64,000 nt of DNA from a virus (lineage: Duplodnaviria > Caudoviricetes). The position numbers and the translations under genes are program-made. Under the pieces are notes generated by a model. It worked only from the letters and a program-made list of their open reading frames with translations, did no database searches and was not told where the DNA came from. Position 1 is the first letter of the stretch. Every line of letters begins with the position of its first letter. The stretch covers positions 96,001-160,000 of IMG/VR virus record IMGVR_UViG_3300013947_000021; one strand, written 5' to 3'. Shown in pieces: positions 1 to 11,417 of this stretch.

Positions 1-33
1 CCCGCAGATTACACCAACGGTCTCATTGTCCAT
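1..33 (-). CDS. N-terminus of a gene running off the window (MDNETVGVICG...)
   Basis: ATG at 33 with AAGGAGA SD upstream; early-type promoter motif near 124-138. Confidence 0.5.
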   Translation of the reverse strand, partial: MDNETVGVICG

Positions 34-258
34 TATTTTTCTCCTTTCTTGATATATAGCTTGGAGGTGATATATACATATTGGCTTTCGTGTAGATATT
101 ACATCTCCCTTATAAGGATATATCATATTTATAATATCTTGTTATAAATAGGAGAAATTCCAGTCTGGTCAATTTTCATACTAGAAGGGTGGAGCTTCAT
201 AACCGCCACCCTTCTAGGTTTATTTTAAAATATATTTTATTTTTTTATATAAAAAAGA

Positions 259-287
259 ATGATCCATGGGAAATTCCCATGGATCAT
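259..287. terminator. Intrinsic terminator hairpin
   Basis: atgatccatggg-aaatt-cccatggatcat after the XkdX stop, U-tract on minus strand. Confidence 0.7.
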
Positions 288-295
288 ATTTATAC

Positions 296-442
296 TTATA
301 CGTTCGGATAATCGAGTCCAGTAATGGACTTGTACTCTTCCTCAGTAAGAGCACCCTTCTTGCAGAGAATCATAATATGACGGTTAGTATAATAACCCTT
401 GTCATAATATCTCTTGATCTTAGCATAATACTTACTATTCAT
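296..442 (-). CDS. XkdX-like small phage protein, 48 aa (MNSKYYAKIKRYYDKGYY...LTEEEYKSITGLDY)
   Basis: Translated by hand (not in ORF track); GGAGG SD; IKRYY..G.Y / LT.EEYK.ITG pattern typical of XkdX. Confidence 0.75.
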   Translation of the reverse strand: MNSKYYAKIKRYYDKGYYTNRHIMILCKKGALTEEEYKSITGLDYPNV

Positions 443-467
443 TATAAGTTCCTCCAATCATTAAAGA

Positions 468-623
468 TTAATAATCTTCACCAGTCTGATTCTCAAAGAA
501 GAGCTGAGCGTTCTCCTTCTCAATCTCATCAGACGTGTCCTTCTTAGCATCAAGGACCTTAGAAAGAACAAATACACCAATAATAAGATTAGCAACTCCA
601 AGAATAGTATTTGCAACCTGCAT
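468..623 (-). CDS. Small membrane-anchored protein, 51 aa (MQVANTILGVANLIIGVFVLSKVL...ENAQLFFENQTGEDY)
   Basis: Translated by hand; AAGGAGG SD; hydrophobic N-terminus; C-terminal motif shared with 2493-3056. Confidence 0.65.
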   Translation of the reverse strand: MQVANTILGVANLIIGVFVLSKVLDAKKDTSDEIEKENAQLFFENQTGEDY

Positions 624-701
624 AATAAATTCCTCCTTATATAAGTATTACTAAAATGTTTAGTAATAATAGTAAAAAAGATTTCTAAAATTATATATTT
701 T

Positions 702-1419
702 TTAGTTCATCTTTTTATAATAAATGTATTGTGAATTTAAATTTAAAGCATCTTGTTTATAACTATCAGATCCAAGAGAAAATAAACTTTGACTAGAATT
801 ATCTGTATATGCATTAGGATCAGTAGAACTAACATATTCTACTGTGCATTTATATAAATGAGTAATTCTACTAAATTTTCTTGTACTATATAAAGGATTT
901 ACAAGAGAATATCTAAGTGGTGATGATATTGATGATATTTTACATGCTAATTCTTGTTGATCATTTTTAACTGTAATAGATGTTGAGGTAGGACTATACT
1001 TAATAACCCAATATCCACTTAATGCACTTATATTTCCATCTGATTCATAATATTTTTTTCCATTAAATGTTATACGACACATATCATCAAGGTTTACTGA
1101 TTTTGGTGATGACAAATATAAAGTTACTGATGATCCATTTGTTTGAGTATATGTACCAGATCCTACATATATGGCGCTATTACTACTTACAGAAATACCA
1201 TCACTGCCAGAACTCATATCTATAATATCATATGAATATTCAGAATTATCTTTAGTATAAGTATATTTAGCCCATTTATATAATTTACTAAATATTAATT
1301 TACTAGTACCATTTATATTTCCATAAGCAGATATTAATTCTTTATTACTTCCATTATTATTAATATAGAGGGAGGTTAATTGTTTTGACCCCCCCCCCAA
1401 TATTTGTATACATTGACAT
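702..1419 (-). CDS. Poly-G cassette 1 (type A), putative adhesin/tip protein, phase OFF (G10)
   Basis: SD AAGGAG, ATG 1419 (MSMYTNI), C10 at 1389-1398 on + strand; span 718 = 3n+1; G9 would give MSMYTNIGGGSKQLTSLYIN. Confidence 0.85.
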
Positions 1420-1451
1420 TTTAATAATCTCCTTTAACAAATATTAGGATT

Positions 1452-2238
1452 TTAATATGTAGTACCATTATATCTATAAACATATGCTGCAGCCATACTA
1501 GATGAATTATATGTACTACTAGAATATTTATAGTCAGCATTAAGTACAGAATCAGACGACGCAGTATAATCATTTTTATTTTGTGTTAGAATTGAACGTT
1601 GGAATCTATACCTCCATAGATAATATGGAGTATTGTAGTAACTTAATTCAAAATAATCATATCTATATTTTACATATAAATTTTCAGTTTGTGATGGGCT
1701 ATAGCGTAATAAATATAATAAATACCATGCGTAATGAGCATATGATGGAGCACTAGGAGCATATTGACTAGACCAGTCTATACATGTATTATCTCCTCTT
1801 TCACCAGCTAATATAGCATAATAACCACTATATCTACTATTTGTAGATCTATCTGTTAATTCAGTATATGATACTAATGATGGATTATTTAATGTAATCT
1901 TTTTTGTACTATGATTAAAATTATAAGATCTTGCTACATAAAATTTAGCATCTGTATTTTCATCACCACTATTAGATGTATATCTATAAATACGATAATC
2001 TTCAGTGGATAGTCCAGTACGCCTCATTTCCGTTTCTACAAGATCCCACATTTTATTTCCATCGGTTGTAAGTTTATATTCTCCATAATTATGATATGAA
2101 ATTCTTCCATATATTTCTTTCTTACTTCCATTTATATTAGCATAAGCATTATTTAATTGCTTATTTGTTCCATTTTTATTTATATAGAGGGAAGCAATTT
2201 GACGTTGCCCCCCCCCCAATATTACTGTACATTGACAT
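1452..2238 (-). CDS. Poly-G cassette 2 (type A), phase OFF (G10)
   Basis: ATG 2238 (MSMYSNI), C10 at 2208-2217; span 787 = 3n+1. Confidence 0.85.
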
Positions 2239-2328
2239 AATAATCTCCTTTAACACAACAAATATTGAGGTTATAAAAATATTTTTATAAAAAATAAATG
2301 GGATTACATATGTAATCCCATTAATCAT

Positions 2329-2475
2329 TTATGCCTGATAATCTTCGCCAGTGATCAACTTATACTCTTCTTCGGTAAGATTACCAGTTCTAACAAAGGC
2401 CTTAATATGAGCCTTCTTATAAATCTTCTTATCATAATACTTCTTAATAGTATTAAAATACTTAGACTGTGCCAT
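2329..2475 (-). CDS. XkdX-like small phage protein, 48 aa (MAQSKYFNTIKKYYDKKIY...LTEEEYKLITGEDYQA)
   Basis: Translated by hand; GGAGG SD; paralog of 296-442. Confidence 0.75.
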   Translation of the reverse strand: MAQSKYFNTIKKYYDKKIYKKAHIKAFVRTGNLTEEEYKLITGEDYQA

Positions 2476-2492
2476 AATTAATACCTCCAATA

Positions 2493-3056
2493 TTATTCAG
2501 TGGTAGTTCCAGAATCGGCAGATGGATCAGTCGTCGGATCCGTTTCAGAACCAGATTCATTACCTGTATCGGTTGTAGGATCAGTATTTTCATCTGTACC
2601 AGGATCAGGCATATCTGGATCAGTTTCACCAGTAAGATTCTCAAACAGAAGCTGTGCATTCTCTTCCTCAAGACGCTTAACCTCTTCTTCATGAGCAGTA
2701 AGCTTACCCATATAAACAGTAATCTTTCCATCCTTATGGCAGACAATGTCACCAAGAATAGAATAATCAGTCTTGGGATAATCTACATCTCCATAAACAT
2801 CGTTACCTTCAGTATCCTTACCAGTAACCTCATTCTGCCTAATAGAAAATTCTGCATCATCCTTAAAGTAAGTACAAACTTCTCCATAATTAGTATCAGC
2901 AAGGGTAATACGAAGCACATCTCTATACTGCTGATCAACCATAGCCTGTTTATCAAAAATGCAAGGCTCAGTCTCTACAGGATAAGCAGCAGTAGTAAAG
3001 AGCTTTTCATTACCATCTTTATCCTTAAATACTACTCTATTCATAATAGTACTCAT
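2493..3056 (-). CDS. Tail-fibre-region protein upstream of XkdX (possible assembly chaperone), acidic T/D/P-rich tail
   Basis: ORF with AAGGAGG SD and late motif at 3090-3101; position before an XkdX-like gene. Confidence 0.6.
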   Translation of the reverse strand: MSTIMNRVVFKDKDGNEKLFTTAAYPVETEPCIFDKQAMVDQQYRDVLRITLADTNYGEVCTYFKDDAEFSIRQNEVTGKDTEGNDVYGDVDYPKTDYSILGDIVCHKDGKITVYMGKLTAHEEEVKRLEEENAQLLFENLTGETDPDMPDPGTDENTDPTTDTGNESGSETDPTTDPSADSGTTTE

Positions 3057-3154
3057 ATTTAATTTTATCCTCCTTAGAAAATAGATTTTTATCTAATTGT
3101 TTGATTAATATAATAATGTCTTTAGTAAGAAAAAATATTTATAATACCATTATT

Positions 3155-4001
3155 CTAGCCAATTAAATAATATGCAGAATTTATATTGTCTATAAGCGTT
3201 GTTGGTGATAATGATATAATTGGACGAATAAATATATTACTTATTGTAGCAATAATATCATGACCATTATAACTACTACCATTGTATGTTACTGTAAAAA
3301 CATAATTATCGCCATAATTACTACCAACATCACCACCAGGACTTCTCATCCAATAATAAGGTGCATAATCAGTTTTATCACTTTTTACTACTGATATTCT
3401 TGCTTCATCATCCATTGATGTTCTTCCAGCAGCTATTTTTAAAGCATCTAAATATGAAATACCTTCATCAGATAAATAACTATAAGAAGTAGAACTATAT
3501 CCAAGTTCAGAATATGATGGCAAGAATATATCTCTATTAATATTTATAATTTTTTTATTACTAAAAGAATAAGATTTTACACTAGTTTTAGTCAATCTGT
3601 TTCTAATAGATTCATCTAGTTTAGATCTATAATTATCTGTAGTTGAAACTTCTGCTGATAAATAATTATCTATAGTTGATGCATTATATTCTGAACTAGA
3701 TATGCTATTAAATGCTCTTAGTTCATACAAGTATCTTTGTAATAATAGTACAGTATCATTATTATAAGATGTACCTAATACTATAAAATCAGTAAGATTA
3801 TTAGAACCAGATAAAGTAGTATTAAACTTAATTATAGAACCAGCAGTTATACTACTTAAATATGCAAATTTCTTAAATATTTCTTTACTATTACCATTTA
3901 TATTTCCATATGCATTATTTAATGCTTTATTAGATCCATTATTATTTATATAGAGGGCGGCCAAAAGTTTCGACCCCCCCAATATTTATATGCATTGGCA
4001 T
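3155..4001 (-). CDS. Poly-G cassette 3 (type A), DUF6273-like domain, phase OFF (G7)
   Basis: ATG 4001 (MPMHINI), C7 at 3974-3980; ATG frame reads MPMHINIGGVETFGRPLYK*; body has IFLPS..E, YWMRSP and IRPII motifs. Confidence 0.8.
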
Positions 4002-4035
4002 AAGATAATGCCCTCCTTTACAAAATATTAGGGTT

Positions 4036-4853
4036 TTAAGCATAATATCCAAGATATTCATAATAATATCCATCACAATAATATGCTCGTGAACAAGTTT
4101 TAGGATAGTCATCACTATAATCAGAATCATCACTATACCAGCCTATTTTATATCCTGAATTACCACTAGTAAGATCAGTAACTACAGTACGGGAAGAACT
4201 ATATTTAGAAGCTCCAGTTGTAACTGTATTTAGACTAAGTTTACTATTATATTTAACTGTATTAAAATTAGTAGAATAGGATTTTGGTACTTTATAATAA
4301 ACACCATTTAACCTAAGTAATGCCCTATATTCAACATATGTATCATGATAAATGACTTCAAGTGATGAACCAGAAGATGAAACTTTAAATGCAATATTAT
4401 TATTAAATCCATAACCTGGAAAATAATATCCATCATATGAAGGATTAAGATAATAATAAATATCATTATCACTAGACTCAGTTCTATTGTAATCAAAATT
4501 TACACTATTATATCCAGAAAATTGTAATGATCCACTACTATTAGTATATGACATAGATGAATAAAGCGGTATAGTATCACTTGTACTAGAAAAACTTTTA
4601 GGACATAAATAATTTACAACTCCTTCATATGAATATCCAGTACTATCTTGCCAATATTGTATACTACATAATGTATATGAAGATACTGGATACTGTTTAT
4701 ACCAATAATATTTAGTAGCACTAAATATTACTTTACTGCTACCATTTATATTAGTATATATATTATTTAAAGCTTTAGAAGAGCCATCTTTATTTATATA
4801 GAGGGAGGCTAATTGTTTTTGCCCCCCCCCCCAATATTTGTATACATAGGCAT
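4036..4853 (-). CDS. Poly-G cassette 4 (type A), phase OFF (G11)
   Basis: ATG 4853 (MPMYTNI), C11 at 4822-4832; frame from 4821 (QKQLASLYINKDG...) stays open into ORF 4036..4554; span 818 = 3n+2. Confidence 0.85.
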
Positions 4854-4900
4854 TTTTATTATACCTACCTTTCTTTACAAAATATTAGGGTTTAATATAT

Positions 4901-5348
4901 TTATGATAAAATTATATAAAATATGGTTAAGTTATCACAAAATGATGTAAATATATTTCCAGTCATAGTTCCAATATTACAAAATTCCCATTGACGAACA
5001 AATTCAGTAGATGAATTCCCTTTATTATGAAAATATGCACGTATATTTATATTTGTTGTACTAGCAGTTGAAGTTGATACAATTGGACTTGATAAGCAAA
5101 GTATTGTATTATTTTGTTTGTCATAAATAAAAGAATCATTTTCTGATATATAAGTATTTGTATACATTGTTGCAGATGATCCATAATAATCTTTTTCATA
5201 TTTATAATTAAAACCAAATAATACATTATTAGAAAAAGTTATAGACTCATTTTTTGAAAGAACTTTAGTTTGTATTTTTCCTATTAAGGAGCTACTGCCC
5301 CCCCCCCAAGGATTTGCATACGCCGTTAATATTAGCATAAAGACTCAT
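4901..5348 (-). CDS. Poly-G cassette 5 (type B), phase OFF (G10)
   Basis: SD AAGGAG, ATG 5348 reads MSLYANINGVCKSLGGGQ*; C10 at 5298-5307; G9 fuses it to the downstream ORF. Confidence 0.8.
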
Positions 5349-5417
5349 AATTAATAATCTCCTTTATAAATTTATTTTTTATATAAGTGTTATAGATAAT
5401 GAAATTTATATAAAATT

Positions 5418-5443
5418 TCTCAGGTAGATTAATCTACCTGAGA
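5418..5443 (-). terminator. Terminator after cassette 6 (similar hairpins near 7399-7425 and 8088-8115)
   Basis: tctcaggtaga-ttaa-tctacctgaga. Confidence 0.7.
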
Positions 5444-5452
5444 TTAAGTTAT

Positions 5453-6403
5453 TTAAGCATGATACCCATCATATATCCAATAATATCCATTAAATATATA
5501 AATACCATAACTTGAAGCGCTACCACCAGATGGCAAATAATCTTGTGCATAACTTGATGTATCCATTGTACCATAATAACCATTTGTATCATCGTAATAA
5601 TCTCGAGCATATGATATATTTATATTTTTACTAGAAAGTATAGAAGTTGTATCACTAGATGATACAGTAAATTTTATAAACCTCATAGAGTCAAAACCAA
5701 GACTACTAGAATTATAGGTAAGCACATTAATTTTTGATGATGATAATGAATTTGGTGCAAAGAATGATCTTGGTAAATAATGTGCAAAATTTAAATAATA
5801 TGATGAATTTAAATTAGGAGCATGAATTACTACTGTTGAATATGCATTTTTATTATAATCTCTAGGAATTACAAAGTATGCTTTTGTAATACTAATATTA
5901 AGCTGATCAAATGTATTTCCATTATCTGTTCCTGTATCAAAATACGCATTAGTAAATTTATATACAGTTTCGCGAGTATAATCTGTACCAGTGTTTGTTA
6001 ATGTAGGTGTAACCAAACCCCTATCAACAGTCATCAATCCAGTAGTACTATAATAACCAATACTAGATATTGATGGAGTAACACCGCCAAGAACTTTCAT
6101 ACGTCCATCTGATTCCGGTGTTGGAGATATAGAAGAATATACTTTCTTACTGTTCTGATATGCACTCTTTAAATATCTTATATCATAATGACATGTGCCA
6201 TCATCAACTTCATATTCACATAATTGCCATTTAGTAACTGGATAAGCTCTCCAATAGCAATATTTAGTAGCACTAAATATTTCTTTATTGGTTCCATTTA
6301 TATTAGCATATGCATTAGATAATGCAATATTACTACTATCTTTATTTATATAAAGGGAAGCAATTTGTTTCTGCCCCCCCCCAATATTTGTATATAATGA
6401 CAT
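5453..6403 (-). CDS. Poly-G cassette 6 (type A), the only phase-ON copy (G9), 316 aa putative adhesin
   Basis: ATG 6403, MSLYTNIGGGQKQIASLYINK; C9 at 6374-6382; span 951 = 3n. Confidence 0.9.
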   Translation of the reverse strand: MSLYTNIGGGQKQIASLYINKDSSNIALSNAYANINGTNKEIFSATKYCYWRAYPVTKWQLCEYEVDDGTCHYDIRYLKSAYQNSKKVYSSISPTPESDGRMKVLGGVTPSISSIGYYSTTGLMTVDRGLVTPTLTNTGTDYTRETVYKFTNAYFDTGTDNGNTFDQLNISITKAYFVIPRDYNKNAYSTVVIHAPNLNSSYYLNFAHYLPRSFFAPNSLSSSKINVLTYNSSSLGFDSMRFIKFTVSSSDTTSILSSKNINISYARDYYDDTNGYYGTMDTSSYAQDYLPSGGSASSYGIYIFNGYYWIYDGYHA

Positions 6404-6487
6404 TTTAATAATCTCCTTTAACAAATAATGAGGTAAAATATAAGAAATATGAGATATGAAATTAATTTCATATCTCATTTAATATTT

Positions 6488-7330
6488 TTAACTGTATACT
6501 CCTAATATACTACCATTACCTGTAGGTGTACTAGCACTAGTATTTAATGCTATATTTCTTACTTGATAAGTAGTATAATTAGTATTAGCTTGTGCTACTA
6601 AAGCACCAGTTAATGTACCACCAGACTTAAGTAAATACTTATCTAATTCAGCAGCAACAGCTTTTCCACTTACTGGATTATCACTATTACTATTAAAAGT
6701 GCTATCTATTACAAGTCCACCATCTGGTATACTATCAATTTTGGTTCTATCAGAAACACTAATAAGCTTATCATCAGTAATATTATCAAGTTTCTTCTTA
6801 TCCTCTGCACTAATTAATCCTGGAGTTGTATCAGTAGCTTCAGGAGTATAATCTTTAGCAGCTTCAGCTAAATCACCAACAATCTCATATGCTCCACCAG
6901 TATAAAACATATGATATATCTTATTAATCTGAATATAATTTGCTTCTACATTAGTACCTCTATACTTAATATTCTTAGCTCCAGTAGCATTGATATTGAG
7001 TGTAGGAGATGCTGCAGTATTAGCATTAGTAAATTTTATATAAATATTATTTCCATCTTTTAATGCATAATTCTCACAGTCAACTGTTTTTGCAGCAGTA
7101 GCTCCAGCAGTAGTACATGTAAGAAGAGTATTTGTAGTATAATTAATAATAGTAGTATCTCCACCAGTAGAAGAACCACTACCAGAAATTTCTACTACAG
7201 CTCCAGCAGAATCTTTCATGTAAATTTTATGATTATCCCAGTCAGCTATAAGCTCTTTATTAGTAGCTAAACTAGCATTTGCATAAGATAAAGGCCTAAA
7301 TGGTATTCTAGCCGTAGCTTCATGACCCAT
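6488..7330 (-). CDS. Short tail fibre / fibre adaptor with shared C-terminal module
   Basis: TCTTAGATAAKTV...KFTNANTAASPTLNINATGAK fibre motif; C-terminal KSGGTLTGAL...GNGSILGVYS. Confidence 0.75.
   Translation of the reverse strand: MGHEATARIPFRPLSYANASLATNKELIADWDNHKIYMKDSAGAVVEISGSGSSTGGDTTIINYTTNTLLTCTTAGATAAKTVDCENYALKDGNNIYIKFTNANTAASPTLNINATGAKNIKYRGTNVEANYIQINKIYHMFYTGGAYEIVGDLAEAAKDYTPEATDTTPGLISAEDKKKLDNITDDKLISVSDRTKIDSIPDGGLVIDSTFNSNSDNPVSGKAVAAELDKYLLKSGGTLTGALVAQANTNYTTYQVRNIALNTSASTPTGNGSILGVYS
6495..6629. repeat. 135-bp perfect direct repeat, copy 1 (copy 2 at 11994-12128)
   Basis: Identical DNA encoding the C-termini of two fibre genes. Confidence 0.9.
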
Positions 7331-7476
7331 ACTATAACCTCCTTGATATAATTAAATTTTTATATAAATGTTATTAGAAGCAAATAATAGCCAAAAATAT
7401 CTCGGGTAGAAAAATCTACCCGAGATCTATCTATATGAATTCTAATTTATATAAATTAGAAAAATAATTTTATTTT

Positions 7477-8012
7477 TTACCAAGCTATATAATAATATTT
7501 TTCATTTGTATTATTATAAAGAGTAGCTTCTATATTATTATCACTATTATTACTATCATATGTACTATAAATATGCTGTAATGAAAAAAGTAATGTTCCA
7601 CCATCACTACAATCTGTAGTTGTTACTCTTGACGTATTTATTAATTGCAATTTATTATCTGAAATAGATACTGCGCTGTATTGAATTGGTCCGATAGTTT
7701 TATTACTACTTGATCCACTTCCATTACTCGACCATGAATCAACTCCGGATAAATAATAATATAGTGATGTAGAAGGTGTAACAACAAGAATAGATTGTGC
7801 AGAATCAGAAATTAATATTAATGTATTTATGTTAATGGGTAATATAATTTCTCTAGGAGTTGATGAAATACAACCTACGCTTCTATAACTTCTATTTCCA
7901 CTAACTTTTAAATCATAATATCCAGTTCCATCACCACTGTAATAACCGCTTACAATATTACTGCCCCCCCCAAGGATTTGCATACGCCATCAATATTAGC
8001 ATAAAGACTCAT
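7477..8012 (-). CDS. Poly-G cassette 7 (type B), phase OFF (G8)
   Basis: ATG 8012 reads MSLYANIDGVCKSLGGAVIL*; C8 at 7964-7971; span 536 = 3n+2. Confidence 0.8.
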
Positions 8013-8130
8013 AATTAATAATCTCCTTTATAAATTTATTTTTTTTACATAATTGTTATAGATAAAGAAAATTATATAAAAATAATATCTCAGGTAGAAT
8101 TAATTCTACCTGAGAAAATATAAAATTTAA

Positions 8131-9040
8131 TTAACTATGATATCCATCATAAACCCACCAATATCCATTGAATATATAAATATACTCAAGTACAGAATTG
8201 GTAGCACTTGGCATATATCCATCAGTATAGTTAGATGTATCCATTATTCCATATCCACCTTCATAACTGCTAAATGTATCTCTGACATCTGCAACACCAT
8301 CGGAAACTAGTGTAACACTTTTTAATGAATGTAAGCCTTCTACGTTTTTAGAAGGATAATTATATACTTGCTGAAGTGAGTTTGGACTTGCTACATCATC
8401 TGGAAGATATACTCCAAATGTACTTCTTAAAGACCCATCATCATCTGGAACATAAAATCTTACTGTTGTATATGTATTTTTATTATATGATTTAGGAACT
8501 ACATAATATGCTTGTGTTATTTTTATATTAATTGTATCAAATATATTACCAGTACCATCATTTGCAGTAGATAAATACGCATTAGTAAATTTATATACAG
8601 TTTCGCGAGTATAATCTGTACCAGTGTTTGTTAATGTAGGTGTAACCCAACCCCTATCAACAGTCATCAATCCAGTAGTACTATAATAACCACCACTAGA
8701 TATTGATGGAGTAACACCGCCAAGAACTTTCATACGTCCATCTGATTCTACTGTTGAAGATATAGAAGAATATACTTTTTTACTGTTCTGATATGCACTC
8801 TTTAAATATCTTATATCATATTCATAATAACTACTTCCTGCACTACTGCAATGAACTAATTCCCATGCATTAACAGGATAAGCTTTCCAACAATAATATT
8901 TAGTAGCACTAAATATTTCTTTATTGGTTCCATTTATATTAGCATATGCATTAGATAATGCAATATTACTACTATCTTTATTTATATAAAGGGAAGCAAT
9001 TTGTTTCTGCCCCCCCCCCAATATTTGTATATATAGGCAT
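8131..9040 (-). CDS. Poly-G cassette 8 (type A), close paralog of cassette 6, phase OFF (G10)
   Basis: ATG 9040 (MPIYTNI), C10 at 9010-9019; span 910 = 3n+1. Confidence 0.85.
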
Positions 9041-9082
9041 AATATATAATCTCCTTTATTAAAATATTAGGATATATTTTAT

Positions 9083-9812
9083 CTAAATAGATTTATAAAA
9101 ATACTGTGTTCCAGACTCACTACTATACCAGTTTAAATAAAAATCTGATCCCAAATCAGTTCTATTACTTGATGAATATTCTGATTTATTAGTTGAATAT
9201 ACTTTTGTCTGACTTTGATATTGCATTAATCGCACAGTTCCGTTGCGTATTGTTCCATTACATCTTATTTCTATAGGATTGACCGTTATTTCTGAAATTC
9301 TATATCCATAAGCTCTCTGTGTATAACTTGTATCAGAATAATCTACACTAGAATCACTAAATTCAAAATTACTTTGTATTAAAGTCCACAATGGCACTGG
9401 TGCTATACTAGATAAGTATTGATAATGATATGTAGTGCCATTATAATATAATGAACTTGAGCCAACTGACTCTAGTAATTTATAATTATTAAGCGATATA
9501 GTTTTCTTAGATGTATTTATTGTGTATGATTGAGATACCCATAATCCTGCAGACTCATCTAATAGATATGCTAACTCTGATGTATAATCAGATCCTTCAC
9601 CAGACCATGTAGACACATCTGGTTGTGTTTCACTTGTACTAGAGCCATAATAAGTATATCTAATCCAGCCATAAAGTGGGGCAAATATTTGTTTACTTGC
9701 TCCATTTATATTAGCATAAGCACTATTTAGTACTTTTCTAGTACCATTATTATTCATATAAAGGGAGACAATTTGTCGTTGCCCCCCCCCCAATATTATT
9801 GTATATTGGCAT
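9083..9812 (-). CDS. Poly-G cassette 9 (type A), phase OFF (G10)
   Basis: ATG 9812 (MPIYNNI), C10 at 9782-9791; span 730 = 3n+1. Confidence 0.85.
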
Positions 9813-9847
9813 AACCATATACCTCCTATTAGGGATTTATAATATTT

Positions 9848-10535
9848 TTAATTAGCTCCAATATATTCATATTTATAATTACCATATTCTCCTTCAGAAT
9901 ATGCATTTCTATTTGTAGAAGTTAATGTAGTATCATATTCCCATCTATATCCATCAGATGTATTTTGTACATCCAATTGATAGGAATCAGAATAATTACA
10001 TTTAATATCACTATCTCCAATAATAGATTCAAAACTAGAAATTTCAAATAAATAGATATAGCTTGGAGCTGTATCTGATCTACTGCACTGATATTCTTTT
10101 ATTGGAGAAGGCTGATATTGAGATCGCGTACTAAATGGGTCTTCATATAAGAACAAATATCCAGAATATGTAGTTACTTTATAATATACAGTAGCAGCTC
10201 CCGATGTATGCTTTACTTCACTGTCAATACGTACATTATTATCATCACAACTTATACTATATACATAAGTGCTTGAGCTTAATGAATAATTACTAGCATA
10301 ATAAAGCGTGCCAAAATAATTTGTAAAAGAACCAGAACCCAAAGATTCTGATAATCCTTTTTTACTTACTTTTTTAATATATCTTTTCCATATATAAACT
10401 AATGCAGGGAAAATTTTCTTACTAGTGCCATTTATATTGCCATATAATGCATTAGTAGATCTTCTTGTACATTGTTATTTATATAGAGGGAAGCAATTTG
10501 TTTCTGCCCCCCCCAATATTACTGTACATTGGCAT
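9848..10535 (-). pseudogene. Poly-G cassette 10 (type A), G8 plus a second 1-nt deletion near 10470
   Basis: ATG 10535 (MPMYSNI), C8 at 10507-10514; AAT GTA CA where paralogs have AAT GGT AC; tract change alone does not restore the frame. Confidence 0.75.
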
Positions 10536-10588
10536 ATAAATGCCTCCTTTACAAAATATTAGGGTATTATTTTTTAATATAAAATTAA

Positions 10589-11417
10589 TTAAATTAATTG
10601 ATAATTTTTATCTATAACAGTAGATTTACTAAATGATAGTGCTGGACGAACATATATACCTGATACAATAGGATAAGCTTCAGCCCTATCGGCATCTTTA
10701 TTTTCTGAGTTACCATTATAATAGTTGGAATATGGAACATCTTTATTTGTACTATACTCATCTCTCAACCAATAATTTCTATAATATTCCTCTTCAGTTT
10801 TAAATTGCCTTGCTTTATATGGTACAGTTTTCCCAGTAGCTATCTTTAAAGCATCTAAATATGATTTACCCATTCCATATCCAAAACTGGCACCAAGACT
10901 CCAACCAACTTCTGCCATAGATAATAAAAATATATCTCTTAATTCTTTTATAACAGGATATGTACTATCTTCTATGCATTGTATCATTATTTCAGTCTTT
11001 ACCAATTTACTTCTAATAGATGAATCTAATTTAGATCTATAACTATCTGATGCTGAAGCATCTGCTGATAAATATTTATCTATATTAGAATCATAATAAT
11101 GAGGACTACCATTCGAATCAAATACTCTCGAATTACCATATGAATATCTTTGTAATAATAATATAGTATCATTATTATAAGATGTACCCAGAACTATAAA
11201 ATCTGTAAGTTTATTAGAACCAGATAAAGTAGTATTAAATTTAACTATAGAACCAATTGATATATCAGCTAATGGTGTTCCTAAATTAAATATTTCTTTA
11301 CTACTACCATTTATATTTCCATATGCATTAGATAATGCTTTAGATGAACCATCTTTATTAATATAGAGGGAGGTTAATTGTTTCGACCCCCCCCCCAATA
11401 TTTGTATATAATGACAT
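10589..11417 (-). CDS. Poly-G cassette 11 (type A), DUF6273-like domain, paralog of cassette 3, phase OFF (G10)
   Basis: ATG 11417 (MSLYTNI), C10 at 11387-11396; IFLLS..E, YWLR and VRPAL motifs. Confidence 0.85.

Noticed and set aside
702-11398. TTG-initiated 'MGGG...' starts given by the ORF track
   Set aside because: The TTG is an artefact of ATT+G in 3n+1 tracts. The SD is spaced for the upstream ATG, and the in-frame copy (cassette 6) shows the true N-terminus
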